NCBI GenBank assembly: GCA_020633205.1
Contig: JACKEB010000014.1
Coordinates: 331,392-395,391, forward strand
DNA length: 64,000 nucleotides
Reading direction: 5' to 3'
DNA from: Polyangiaceae bacterium
Lineage (GTDB): Bacteria > Myxococcota_A > Polyangia > Polyangiales > Polyangiaceae
This document shows positions 1 through 9,345 of this stretch, one piece after another. The position numbers and the translations under genes are program-made. The notes below the pieces were generated by a model. That model saw nothing but the letters and a program-made list of their open reading frames with translations, searched no databases and was not told the origin of the DNA. Position 1 is the first letter of the stretch. Every line of letters starts with the position of its first letter.

Positions 1-161
1 GCTGCACAAGGCGGCGTTTCCCGAGCACGTTCATCTCGAAGCGAGGCTCAGCAGAGCCGCCTGGACCTTGTTGAACGCATGCCTCGTGCGCTTCGTCGCG
101 CGAAGCGACGGTCGAAACGACTAATGAGCCTGAGGTGACGGGCCCGAGCCGAGCCTACCGT

Positions 162-1081
162 CCGAACCGGCAACAACCCCACAGCGCGCCAGCCTCGAAG
201 CGCCAAGGATATTTCCCTGAGGCAATAGGCGAAGCCCGAGCCGAGCCGTAGGTCAACTCAAGGCACCGGACGTCTGAGTCCCTTTAGGCGTCTTTAGTCA
301 CCCGTACTCGAGGAAAAGCGAGGGAGTTGTGGAGGCGGCGCAACGGCCCGCAGGGTTCGGGCGCCGAGGCGGGTGAGCGTAGCCCGCGTGAGGCCGGTCT
401 TCGCGATGGACGCTCGCGGCTGGTTTCAGGCGCAGGGTGTTGAAAACACCCTGCAGATCGAGATCACCGGCTCCGCGCACACCTCTGCCAGATCTTGCTC
501 TCGCAAAACCCTCACCCCGCTGGGGTTTTGCGAGAGCACGGAGTAGTTCCGCGCGGGGCCATGCGAGCTGGAAGCGTAGATTCTATGGTCGCTGTGCGCA
601 GGCCAAGACTCGCACGAGGCCGCCACGTTGCCTTTCCCTAGCGACCCCCATTCAAGCCCGAACCAGGAGGGCCGTGGGAGCCGACTGAACCCGAACCGGC
701 AACACCCCCACAGCGCGCCAGCCTCGAAGCGCCAAGGATATTTCCCTGAGGCAATGGGCGAAACCCGAGCCGAGCCGTAGGTCAACTCAAGGCACCGGAC
801 GTCTGAGTCCCTTTAGGCGTCTTTAGTCACCCGTACTCGAGGAAAAGCGAGGGAGTTGTGGAGGCGGCGCAACGGCCCGCAGGGTTCGGGCGCCGAGGCG
901 GGTGAGCGTAGCCTGCGTGAGGCCGGTCTTCGCGATGGACGCTCGCGGGTGGTTTCAGATCAGAGCTGGAAGCGTAGATTCTATGGTCGCTGTGCGCAGG
1001 CCAAGACTCGCACGAGGCCGCCACGTTGCCTTTCCCTAGCGACCCCCATTCAAGCCCGAACCAGGAGGGCCGTGGGAGCCG
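162..1081. repeat. Tandem duplication of a composite non-coding unit: segment A (162-429 and 691-958, ~268 bp) plus segment B (565-683 and 963-1081, 119 bp)
   Basis: Read directly. The two A copies and the two B copies are near-identical, with a handful of substitutions or 1-nt indels. In copy 2, A and B are joined by only atca (959-962); in copy 1 they are separated by 135 bp. ORFs over the region (426-785 and 827-1153 minus; 437-688 and 856-1098 plus) simply echo each other and have no coding-like composition. Confidence 0.85.
430..564. other. 135-bp indel between the two repeat copies, carrying two perfect stem-loops
   Basis: Stem-loop 1: gcagggtgt (432-440), loop tgaaa, acaccctgc (446-454). 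Stem-loop 2: 16-bp perfect stem tgctctcgcaaaaccc (496-511) / gggttttgcgagagca (523-538) with an 11-nt loop. Neither strand has a following U-tract, so this is not a canonical intrinsic terminator. Confidence 0.8.
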
Positions 1082-1142
1082 CCGCGCTCTACGACTGAGC
1101 CCGGCTTGGCGACTGAGCCCCGATGGGCTAGAGCAGCCTCTG

Positions 1143-2714
1143 ATGGCTTTCAATCTTTACGATACGCGACAGAAGCGGCAGGTGGAGTTTCAGCCCCTCG
1201 AAGCGGGCAAGGTCAAGATCTACAACTGTGGTCCGACCGTCTACTCCACGGCGCACATCGGTAATTTTCGCTCCTTCGTGTTTGCGGATCTGCTGCGTCG
1301 CTACTTCGAGTATCGCGGCTTCGAGGTGACGCAGGTGATGAACATCACCGACGTGGGGCACCTCACCGAGGATGATCGCGCGGATGCAGGGGGGGAGGAC
1401 AAACTCCAAAAGACCGCGCGTGAGCTGGGGTGGGATCCGTTCAAGGTCGCCCGACATTTCGAAGACGGCTTTCACTCGGATCGCGTTGCCCTAGGGATCC
1501 AAAATGCGCATCAGTACCCGCGCGCGACGGATCACATCCCCGACATGCTGGTCCAGGTGCAACAGCTGCTCGACCGCGGCCACGCCTACATCCCCGAAGG
1601 CACCGGTGAGGTCTACTACGACATCTCTAGCTTCCCGGAGTACGGCAAGCTGAGCGGGAAGATCACCGAAGACCTGGAGGCGGGTGCTCGCGTAGAGGTC
1701 AACACGGTGAAGCGCCACCCGGCAGACTTCGCGCTGTGGAAGACGGAGCAAGGACACCTGATGCAGTGGGACCCTCACGCCGATGCGACGTGGGAGGGCT
1801 ACCCTGGCGCGCGTCCGAAGCTCGATGAGCGTATTCAGAAGGGATTCCCTGGCTGGCACATCGAGTGCAGCGCCATGAGCTCGCGTTACCTTGGGGATAC
1901 GTTCGATATCCACACAGGAGGTGAGGACAACATCTTCCCTCACCACGAGTGCGAAATCGCCCAAGCCAAGGGCGCCACCGATGGCGAGTTCTCCCGCTAC
2001 TGGATGCACGCGCGGCACCTGCTGGTGAACAACAAGAAGATGAGCAAGAGTGAGGGTACGCTCTACACCCTCGAGGATCTCAAGGCGAAGGGTTACACCG
2101 CGAAGGAGATCCGCTACCTGCTGCTCTCCAACCACTACCGCCAGCCCATGAACTTCACGCTGGAAGGGCTAGACGCAGCGCGCGCCTCGATGGGGCGGCT
2201 GCAGACCTGCCGCGACCTGCTGGTGGAGCGCAAGGAGCTGAGTGAGGAGCCGAAGAGCGCCGAAGTGGACGAAGCCGTCGCCAAGCTCGAGCGTGGCTTT
2301 GGTGAGAGCCTGGACGACGACCTCAACACCGCGAACGCCCTGGCGGCGGTGTTCGAGTTCGTGAATGGAATCAATCGTGTGCAGCCCACCGGGGCCGATG
2401 CCGCGAAGGCGCTGGCTGCGCTGGATCGCGCCGATCATGTCCTCGGAGTGCTCAACAAGGAGAGCAAGAGCGGCACCATCAGCAAAGCCGAGCTGGACGC
2501 GGAGGTCGATCAGGCACCGAGCCCCGAGCGGGCGAAGGAACTGCTCGCGCAGCCGAGCTTGAGCCCCGCAGAGCTTCGCCAAGTGGCGCTCGCACGTCAC
2601 GCCGCTCGCAAGAACAAGGACTGGGGCACGGCGGACGCGATCCGCGATGGCCTGAAGGCCCTGGGCGTGTTGTTCGAGGACACACCCCAAGGTGTGCGTT
2701 TCAAGTTGCCTTGA
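1143..2714 (+). CDS. cysS: Cysteine--tRNA ligase
   Basis: ATG at 1143 gives MAFNLYDTRQKRQVEFQPL... Class I aaRS motifs HIGN (HIGH) and KMSKS are present, as is the WHIECS zinc-site region. The 1026-1142 extension in the ORF track lies inside the upstream repeat and is not coding-like. Confidence 0.97.
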   Translation: MAFNLYDTRQKRQVEFQPLEAGKVKIYNCGPTVYSTAHIGNFRSFVFADLLRRYFEYRGFEVTQVMNITDVGHLTEDDRADAGGEDKLQKTARELGWDPFKVARHFEDGFHSDRVALGIQNAHQYPRATDHIPDMLVQVQQLLDRGHAYIPEGTGEVYYDISSFPEYGKLSGKITEDLEAGARVEVNTVKRHPADFALWKTEQGHLMQWDPHADATWEGYPGARPKLDERIQKGFPGWHIECSAMSSRYLGDTFDIHTGGEDNIFPHHECEIAQAKGATDGEFSRYWMHARHLLVNNKKMSKSEGTLYTLEDLKAKGYTAKEIRYLLLSNHYRQPMNFTLEGLDAARASMGRLQTCRDLLVERKELSEEPKSAEVDEAVAKLERGFGESLDDDLNTANALAAVFEFVNGINRVQPTGADAAKALAALDRADHVLGVLNKESKSGTISKAELDAEVDQAPSPERAKELLAQPSLSPAELRQVALARHAARKNKDWGTADAIRDGLKALGVLFEDTPQGVRFKLP

Positions 2715-2752
2715 GCGAGTAAGCAAGCGCCGTAGGTCAGCGTGGTGAGGGG

Positions 2753-4450
2753 CTAGCGCTCCTCACCCCCCCCGGCTCCCGCCGCTGCGAGCCGGGCTAG
2801 CTGCCGCGCAACGAAGGCGCGCAACTCGCGCTGATCGAAGGGCTTGTCGAGATGCCCCGAGTTGAGTTCCTCGAGGAAACGAATTCCGGCTTCGGAGAAA
2901 GCTCCTCCGGTCATGAACACGAGGCGCTCAGTGTACTTCGGAAGTTGCGCCTGGACGCGCTTCATCACTTCCATTCCGCTCATCTCCGGCATCATCAGGT
3001 CGCAGAGCACCAGATCGAAGTCGCCTGCCCCCATCAGCTCCAGGCCTTGCATGCCCGTCTGCGCGAGGGTGACATCGTGGAGCTGGGCGAGTCCGCGCCT
3101 CATGGCTCTCCCGACTTCGGGTTCGTCGTCGATGATCAAGATTTGACGTCGCTCAGCGGACGCGACCCGCGGAGGCTCTGGGGTCAGCACACGGGCGGGT
3201 TGAGAGAGGCTCTCCGGAAGCTGGACGATCACGCACGTGCCGGCTCCAGGAACGGACGTCACGCGAATGTTCCCGCCGTGCTCGTCGATGATCTTCCTGC
3301 AGATTGAGAGCCCCAAGCCGAGCCCGCCGGCGCTCTGCTTGGTCGAGAAGAATGGGTCGAATAGCTTGCGCAGATCACGAGCTTCGATGCCAGCTCCCGT
3401 GTCGCAAATCTCGACTTCGATCCAGCTCCCTGTGCAGCGGGTTGCGATTTCGATGCGATTCTCTTTCGCGTTGCCCGGCTCGATCGCTTGAGCGGCATTC
3501 AAGAGCAAGTTTACGAATACTTGGACGATGCGGGAGCATTCCGCGCGGAGAAGCGGGAGATCCTCGCGACGCCGCACCACTTGCGCGCGGTGGCGGGTCT
3601 CGTTTGCCGTCATCGTGAGCGCGGTGTCCACGGCTTGGTTGATATCGCAGCTCTTGCGCACCTCTGGCTGGGGGTTCGCCAGCGTTCGCAGATCGCGCAC
3701 GATGTGGCTCACGCGTTCGGCGCCTGCCTTGGCTTCGCGCAGCGCCTCGAGCGCGTCTTCCATTGCGCTTGCGGCGTCGCCATCGGAGAGGCTCTGCAGC
3801 GCGTGATCCAGATTCGCGATCACGAAGGTGAGGGGGTTGTTCACCTCATGGGCCACGCCAGCGGCCATCACACCCACCGACGCCATGCGTTCGCTCAAGT
3901 TGAGCTGTTGCTGGATGTCCCGCAGCTCGGTGATGTCCCGCACCAGCACGACGCAGCCGCGAGTTCCGTGGGGTACACAACGCCCCTCGTAGAGCTTCAC
4001 TCCGTCGGCCGAAGGCAACTCGAACTCCCAGAGGCGGATGCGGCCTTCGATGCGCGCCTTCTTTGCTTGTGCCTGCACTCCGCCCGCTTCGATCAGTGAG
4101 TCGGACAGTGAGCTGGTGATTTGAGGTCGCGGGTTCAGGACCTGACCCGAGTCGTCCACCAGCCACACGTGGTCGGGGATGGCCGTCAGGACCTCTTGTA
4201 GTTCCGTGCGGCTATTGGCGAGCGCTTGCTCGTATTCGGTCAGTGTCGCGAGCTCTTCCGTCAGCTGGCGATTGCGCTCTAGGAGCTCGTTGGAAACGAG
4301 CTGAAGCGAGCGACCCACTAGATCGTGCTCCGAGTCCGCCTGCGCGTACGCCGCCTCGACGAGTTCAAGCAGCTTCTTGAAGGGGGGGTCGTCCGGCGGA
4401 TCCCCACCGTCGTAAGCGCGCTGCAGCTGGCGGCGCAGGAGGCGGTGCAT
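2753..4450 (-). CDS. Hybrid sensor histidine kinase / response regulator (coiled-coil + PAS + HisKA + HATPase + C-terminal receiver)
   Basis: H-box AHEVNNPL. HATPase N/G boxes (NLLLNAAQA, DTGAGI, GGLGLGLS). C-terminal receiver ILIIDDEPE...DLVLCDLMMPEMSG...K. Confidence 0.92.
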   Translation of the reverse strand: MHRLLRRQLQRAYDGGDPPDDPPFKKLLELVEAAYAQADSEHDLVGRSLQLVSNELLERNRQLTEELATLTEYEQALANSRTELQEVLTAIPDHVWLVDDSGQVLNPRPQITSSLSDSLIEAGGVQAQAKKARIEGRIRLWEFELPSADGVKLYEGRCVPHGTRGCVVLVRDITELRDIQQQLNLSERMASVGVMAAGVAHEVNNPLTFVIANLDHALQSLSDGDAASAMEDALEALREAKAGAERVSHIVRDLRTLANPQPEVRKSCDINQAVDTALTMTANETRHRAQVVRRREDLPLLRAECSRIVQVFVNLLLNAAQAIEPGNAKENRIEIATRCTGSWIEVEICDTGAGIEARDLRKLFDPFFSTKQSAGGLGLGLSICRKIIDEHGGNIRVTSVPGAGTCVIVQLPESLSQPARVLTPEPPRVASAERRQILIIDDEPEVGRAMRRGLAQLHDVTLAQTGMQGLELMGAGDFDLVLCDLMMPEMSGMEVMKRVQAQLPKYTERLVFMTGGAFSEAGIRFLEELNSGHLDKPFDQRELRAFVARQLARLAAAGAGGGEER

Positions 4451-5569
4451 TCAGTTCTCGGAGAGAAGTGTGACAGTCATCGTCTGGTTGTGAAGCGCTT
4501 CACCAGGCATCGTGTGACAAATCTCGCCGTTGGCGTAAAAGCCCGAGAGCTTGCAGTCGCGGAGGTGTTCAACGACAGCGTCCAGCTCGTCCTCGGCTTC
4601 TTGCGCCATCAAGAGGCGGCGTCCGACGCAGCTCACGAGAATTGCGAGTTGTGGCGTACCCCCGTGTTGCTCGAGGGCGCGCTGGGCGGCGACGGCGGCA
4701 CCGTCCACCAACCGCGCGGTACTCGAGAACATGAAACGCGCGAGGTGCCCTTCGGGGACATCACCGGCGAAACGCATCGCCTCGTCATCGATGCCGAGAA
4801 TCGTGCGCACCACCTGGGGGCTATCGGCGACCTCGGCTCTCACACTGAGGGGGAAGCGCAGCGCTGCTGCTGGCAGGCCCTCTGCATAAGGGCCAAGGTA
4901 GTCGCGGTAGAGCTTCAAGGCGGAGCAACCGTCCAGCTCGTAGAGCAGGTTTCCGGAGGAGCGGGTGATCACCCGTTCGGGGCCAAATGCACTCCAGCCA
5001 CCGGCGAAGCCGCAGCCAACCCGCAGGCTCTCGCCGTACAACCCGACCGCGCATAGCCCGCTCCTCACCAGCTTGCCCTTGCTCAAGAGCAGCGTGTCCT
5101 TGAACGCCGCGCCATCCGCCGCGAGCCCGCCACTAATCGGGACATCCTTGGGGAGGCCAGCAGCCAGGCCACGGACGACCTCACTACCGTTGATCACCAG
5201 GCCATTCGAGAGGACGAATACGAGACGCAGGCTGGTGTCGGAAAGTTGTTGCCCCAGGGATACGCCTGCGTCGAAGGCTGAGGCGAAGTCCGACAGCACG
5301 GCGCATGCGCCGCGCACCTCCGCCTCCCGGAATCGCATTGCGGTCAAGACGAGGTTTCCGTCGCAGACGCATGTTCCTCGAATGCTGCCGCCGCTCGAAC
5401 CACCAAGCACGACCTGGGGGTCGAAGCGCTGACAGATCGCCGAGACCGCGTCGGGCTGCGCAAACGCAGAGTACTCACCCAGGCTCAGTACCAGCTGTGG
5501 CTCGAAGTCGAGCGCGTCGTGATCGATGAATCCGTCAGCGGGATCCCAAGTGATGTGCGCGACTTTCAA
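4451..5569 (-). CDS. FIST-domain signal-sensing protein
   Basis: 372 aa. GGLAADG and the C-terminal ...SCVGRR...LSGFYANGEI pattern are typical of FIST_N/FIST_C. Its stop codon directly abuts the kinase start (4451/4450). Confidence 0.85.
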   Translation of the reverse strand: MKVAHITWDPADGFIDHDALDFEPQLVLSLGEYSAFAQPDAVSAICQRFDPQVVLGGSSGGSIRGTCVCDGNLVLTAMRFREAEVRGACAVLSDFASAFDAGVSLGQQLSDTSLRLVFVLSNGLVINGSEVVRGLAAGLPKDVPISGGLAADGAAFKDTLLLSKGKLVRSGLCAVGLYGESLRVGCGFAGGWSAFGPERVITRSSGNLLYELDGCSALKLYRDYLGPYAEGLPAAALRFPLSVRAEVADSPQVVRTILGIDDEAMRFAGDVPEGHLARFMFSSTARLVDGAAVAAQRALEQHGGTPQLAILVSCVGRRLLMAQEAEDELDAVVEHLRDCKLSGFYANGEICHTMPGEALHNQTMTVTLLSEN

Positions 5570-5784
5570 CCCCGACCCCCCCGAACCCGAGCACCGCCCA
5601 TTGCGAGATGCGTTGGCATCACGCGGGCTGCCGTGGGCAGCGCTTCAGAGCATCTCTCAGAAGCGGCTTCGAGAGAAGCGCGATGAGTCGCCGGACACAG
5701 GAGCACACTAGAGCTACGGCTGCGTCGGTCGAAGCTTGAGGCGCGAAGCTACCAGCGGCTGTCCTGTCAGCCTGTCTCGCAGAC

Positions 5785-6300
5785 TTAGAGTGCGCTTGCG
5801 TAGACGAGCCGCAGATCGTTCAACTTACCGCCGATTTCCTTCTTGGGGGTCACGGTGACGCTGAACTCGTGCTTCTTGCCGAGCGGATATTGAGCCGGAT
5901 CGCCAGGAGTCAGGACGACGTAATCTTTCGCCTTGTCGAACGGACCTTCGGATCGCTCCGAGACGACGATGTACTTCAGGCAGGGCGTGCCGTCTTGCCC
6001 CGACTCGCACTTCGAGTGTTCAATCACGGTCGCGTTGAACTTCAGGATCGCCGGGCCTGGCAGGGCCTTGCCTAATCCCTCGAAGGTGACCTCAGTGGCA
6101 ACCGGCGCCGCGGCAGGCGCGCTCGACGCCGGCGCACTTCCGCCTGACGAAGCGGGCAGGGCACTGGCGGTCTCCAGCAGCTTGGCTACCGCCGACGGAT
6201 CAGGCGTCGCGATCTCGTCTCCGCCCTTCGCCTTGTCGTTGCATCCCAGGGTCAACCAAGCGCCTACGAGTAGTACGAGGTAAGCGGTTCGTCTCTGCAT
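5785..6300 (-). CDS. Hypothetical lipoprotein
   Basis: Signal peptide with lipobox LTLGC, followed by an Ala/Ser/Pro linker. No recognisable family. Confidence 0.7.
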   Translation of the reverse strand: MQRRTAYLVLLVGAWLTLGCNDKAKGGDEIATPDPSAVAKLLETASALPASSGGSAPASSAPAAAPVATEVTFEGLGKALPGPAILKFNATVIEHSKCESGQDGTPCLKYIVVSERSEGPFDKAKDYVVLTPGDPAQYPLGKKHEFSVTVTPKKEIGGKLNDLRLVYASAL

Positions 6301-6686
6301 GACTCCTCCTCGAAGCTCAGGCTGAAGGTCCTGTCGCTTTCGTTCAGGGCGGTGAGTGTACTCTGCTAGACGCCGAGGTAGGCCAGTTCCTTCCCATCGA
6401 CCGCGAATGCTTCTGAGTCCGTCATCTGACCCATGGGACCGACCGAGGTGAACACGTGAGCTTGGTCAAGTGACGGAAGCGGCAGGCGAGCGCATCCGTT
6501 GCTTCACGGAACCGGCATGTGACTACGACCTAGCTCGAACGGATACTCCTAATTTTATGCGGTGAAACTTGATTTGAATAGGGAGAACTCGGGCTCCCCA
6601 CGGTAATGTTCAATGTCGTCTGTTCGCGGTCTTGGCGCGCGCTGCGCGACACAACAAGGGCGTCGGCGGAACTGCTGGAGGACGTG

Positions 6687-7712
6687 ATGAAGAGAACGTT
6701 GGGTCTAGGGATGGCGGCATTGCTCGCTCTCGTGTTCACCAGTGGCTGTGATCGGCTGGATCTAGGCGACACTTTCGGTTCAGGCGCATCGATCGACGTG
6801 AGCAGCGCGAGCGAACCCGACTCTCCCAGCGTCCAGTGGGTCGCCGCGCAATACACGGACATCAACAACCGCGCGACGCGGCGTGAGCTCCGCGCAGTGA
6901 GCGGTCGTGACTCGAGAGGTGCCAGCGTGCTTGGCTACTTCGACGGCGACGTCCTGCGTAAGATCATCCGTGGCGGTAACCCTTACCAGGAGTACCTCTA
7001 CTCCCCGACGGGACAGCTGATCTTCGCTTTGGACATCACGAACCGTACGGATGGTACCCGCGAGGAAACGCGTGGGTACTTCCATCGTGGCTCGATGTTC
7101 CGCCAGTTGAAGAAGTTCAACGGTGGAGCAAACCAAAGCGTAGCCGTGACGCCTGATGTTGCCTCAGGGATTCTCGTCGACTCTGCGGAGATGGCGGGAG
7201 TGCTTGGAGTCTCCACGGCGCCCGGGACCTTCGTACCCGCCGCGGCACCGCCCGTCGCCGAGTGCAGTGACTGCAACTTTGCTGGCACCCGCTGCAACGC
7301 TTCGGGGCGCTGCGAGATGAACCCGACGGCGACCTGGCGCTTCGAGACCATGCAGATGACGATGGTGGACGCGCCCCAGGGCACCACCGTTCAGGTGTGC
7401 ATTCGTCAAACGCGCACGACGCAGTACTACTGTTCCCAGGCGCAGCGCGCGCCCGGGCGCTCCGGCAAGTTCTACAACTTCATCCCGCCGGCGCAGCGCT
7501 CGTCGATCAACATCCGCAGCTCGGACCTGGTCACCGGCAGCGGCATCGACATCATGCTCTATGTCAACGGGCAGCAGTCCACGACGCGCTTCGCCGCTTC
7601 CTACACATCGGTCAAACCTGGCCCGAAGCTGTTCGACGGGGGGCTGGTGTTCAAGACTCAGAACGCGATGTTCCCGGCGGTGACCTTCAAGCTGATCAAC
7701 ACCAGTGGCTGA
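6687..7712 (+). CDS. Hypothetical lipoprotein
   Basis: ATG at 6687 gives MKRTLGLGMAALLALVFTSGC (lipobox). The 6606 start in the track adds a non-signal extension. The C-terminal half is Cys-containing. No family recognised. Confidence 0.7.
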   Translation: MKRTLGLGMAALLALVFTSGCDRLDLGDTFGSGASIDVSSASEPDSPSVQWVAAQYTDINNRATRRELRAVSGRDSRGASVLGYFDGDVLRKIIRGGNPYQEYLYSPTGQLIFALDITNRTDGTREETRGYFHRGSMFRQLKKFNGGANQSVAVTPDVASGILVDSAEMAGVLGVSTAPGTFVPAAAPPVAECSDCNFAGTRCNASGRCEMNPTATWRFETMQMTMVDAPQGTTVQVCIRQTRTTQYYCSQAQRAPGRSGKFYNFIPPAQRSSINIRSSDLVTGSGIDIMLYVNGQQSTTRFAASYTSVKPGPKLFDGGLVFKTQNAMFPAVTFKLINTSG

Positions 7713-7745
7713 TTCCGTCCCACGGCGCCCTAGTACAACGGCGCC

Positions 7746-8180
7746 CTAGTCCCACGGCATCCTTGGTTCCACACGGTAACCTGTGACTCGCCAGGTGTCT
7801 CCTTCATGTCGGAGTACGAGGGTCTCGACACCTGGCAACGCTGCGTACTCGCTAGCGTACTGCACAATCACGAACTCTCCGGGTTCGAGGAGATTCTTGA
7901 TCAACTTCGTACTTCGCAGCGCGTGCAAGTCGCGGCGTTTCAGCTCACCGCTCTGAGCGTGCACCTGGCGCAATGCGGCGGTCCAGCCTTGCTCCGAGAC
8001 GCTCACCCTCAGCCACTCAGAGCCTGCTGACCATGTCTCGGAGTAGCGATGGGCGTCGAGCAGCGCGAGCCACTCGCGCGCGGCGATGTCTGCCGGGTGC
8101 TCCTTCGGTGGCGCCTGGTGGCAGCCCGCGCAAGCCAGCAACAAGGCAACGAGCCAGAAGCGACGCACCACGGACTTCAC
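7746..8180 (-). CDS. DUF4019-like secreted/lipoprotein
   Basis: AREWLALLDAHRYSETWSAGSEWLR...GEL resembles DUF4019 from memory. GTG at 8180 gives VKSVVRRFWLVALLLACAGC (lipobox). The track's start at 8249 is an alternative. Confidence 0.65.
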   Translation of the reverse strand: MKSVVRRFWLVALLLACAGCHQAPPKEHPADIAAREWLALLDAHRYSETWSAGSEWLRVSVSEQGWTAALRQVHAQSGELKRRDLHALRSTKLIKNLLEPGEFVIVQYASEYAALPGVETLVLRHEGDTWRVTGYRVEPRMPWD

Positions 8181-8292
8181 CGCACACAGGCTAGCCGGGA
8201 ACGTGCACCTGGGCGCTACCACTCGTCCTCTGCTGGCGCCGCTCGTCACAGCGTCCCAGCGCTCGCGCCTGGCGGATGCTCAGCTGCGAACA

Positions 8293-9339
8293 GTGTCGCG
8301 TTCGACCTGGCTCGTGATCGGCGTGTGGTGGACGGCCTTTGGGTTGCTCCACTTCTTTTCGTTGCTCGAGTTTCTGCCCTTCGAGGACGTCGCAGCACGA
8401 CGCAGTCTGGCTTGGACGCTCTCCGGCTTCTTCTCGAGTCTCCCGCTGGCTTGGCTGGTGCCACGTGTGAAGCGCCCACGTGGCTTCGCTGGGCTCGTGG
8501 TGCTCGCGACCCTGCTCTCCCTGTTGTGGGGGATCGGTGGGTCAATCCTCGAGGAAATGGCGGACCCGTTCTTGTCTTCCTACACGAGTTACCTCTTCTT
8601 GGCGCCGAGCCAGGAGGCGCGCCTCGACTCACCCCTGGCGTTTCCGGGGATTTTACTGGGGCTCTTGGTCGTGCTGCTCCTGCTCGAGCAGCGCACTCGC
8701 CTACGCGGCCAACAACAAAGTTTGGTGGAGGTGGAGCGTACGGCACAGCGAGCTCAGCTCGAGGCGCTCCGTTATCAGCTCAACCCGCACTTCCTGTTCA
8801 ACGCGCTCAACAGCATCGGCGCGCTAGCCACGGAGGATCCAGAGAAGACGCGCCAGGTGGTGACTCAGCTCGCCGACTTCCTTCGCTACTCCCTCTTGCC
8901 CAGCAATGAGGAAGCGAGCCGGGTCACGCTCCAGCAGGAGATCGAAGCCATCGTCGCCTACCTCGGGATTGAACAAGTGCGTTTCGAGAGCGATCTGGTC
9001 GTGACCTACGCCATCTCGGAGGCTGCCGGTGTGCAGGAAGTGCCCGCGTTTTTGCTCTTGCCGTTGGTCGATAACGCGATCAAGTACGGGCAGCGCACGA
9101 GCCCCACGCCGCTGAGGATCAAGCTGAGCGCCAGCTTCGAGGACGGCGCCTTGTGGGTCGAGGTCGCGAACACCGGGCGCTGGCTCGAAGACGCGAGCGT
9201 GCCCGGCACCCGCAAAGGCCTAGCCAACGTGGAACAGCGTCTCGCCGCCGAGTATCCTGGGCGCTACTCCCTCACCACCGATGCCGATGGAGAGTGGGTG
9301 CGCGTGAGCTTGAGCCTCAGACCTGAGCTTCCGAAGTGA
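8293..9339 (+). CDS. LytS/YehU-type sensor histidine kinase (membrane N-terminus + His_kinase + HATPase)
   Basis: LNPHFLFNALNSI motif of LytS-family kinases. Several N-terminal TM segments. The C-terminal ATPase has NAIKYG. Start is uncertain: GTG at 8293 avoids overlap with the divergent gene, while the ATG at 8086 in the track would overlap it. Confidence 0.85.
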   Translation: MSRSTWLVIGVWWTAFGLLHFFSLLEFLPFEDVAARRSLAWTLSGFFSSLPLAWLVPRVKRPRGFAGLVVLATLLSLLWGIGGSILEEMADPFLSSYTSYLFLAPSQEARLDSPLAFPGILLGLLVVLLLLEQRTRLRGQQQSLVEVERTAQRAQLEALRYQLNPHFLFNALNSIGALATEDPEKTRQVVTQLADFLRYSLLPSNEEASRVTLQQEIEAIVAYLGIEQVRFESDLVVTYAISEAAGVQEVPAFLLLPLVDNAIKYGQRTSPTPLRIKLSASFEDGALWVEVANTGRWLEDASVPGTRKGLANVEQRLAAEYPGRYSLTTDADGEWVRVSLSLRPELPK

Positions 9340-9345
9340 CCCTGC

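Noticed and set aside
1-1142. T-box or other riboswitch leader, RNase P, tmRNA, or retron msr/msd upstream of cysS
   Set aside because: I could not find the T-box consensus, the RNase P or tmRNA signature strings, or an adjacent reverse transcriptase. This was left as an unexplained repeat rather than a named RNA.
426-1153. ORFs of 80-119 aa on both strands across the upstream repeat, and the 1026-1142 N-terminal extension of cysS
   Set aside because: They duplicate one another because the DNA is duplicated, and they are Arg/Pro/Ser/Gly-rich. cysS has a canonical N-terminus from the ATG at 1143.
1857-1872. sigma-54-like match TGGCACATCGAGTGCA
   Set aside because: It lies inside the cysS coding sequence (the GWHIECS region) with no downstream gene start, so it is most likely a chance match.
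6366-6434. 22-codon minus-strand sORF (MGQMTDSEAFAVDGKELAYLGV) in the 386-bp divergent spacer
   Set aside because: It is too short, has no RBS, and no support other than being open. It cannot be distinguished from chance.
8049-8909. 286-aa alternative-frame ORF overlapping the LytS-type kinase
   Set aside because: The translation is Arg/Ala/Gly-rich. The 8293-9339 frame has TM segments and the LNPHFLFNALNSI kinase motif.
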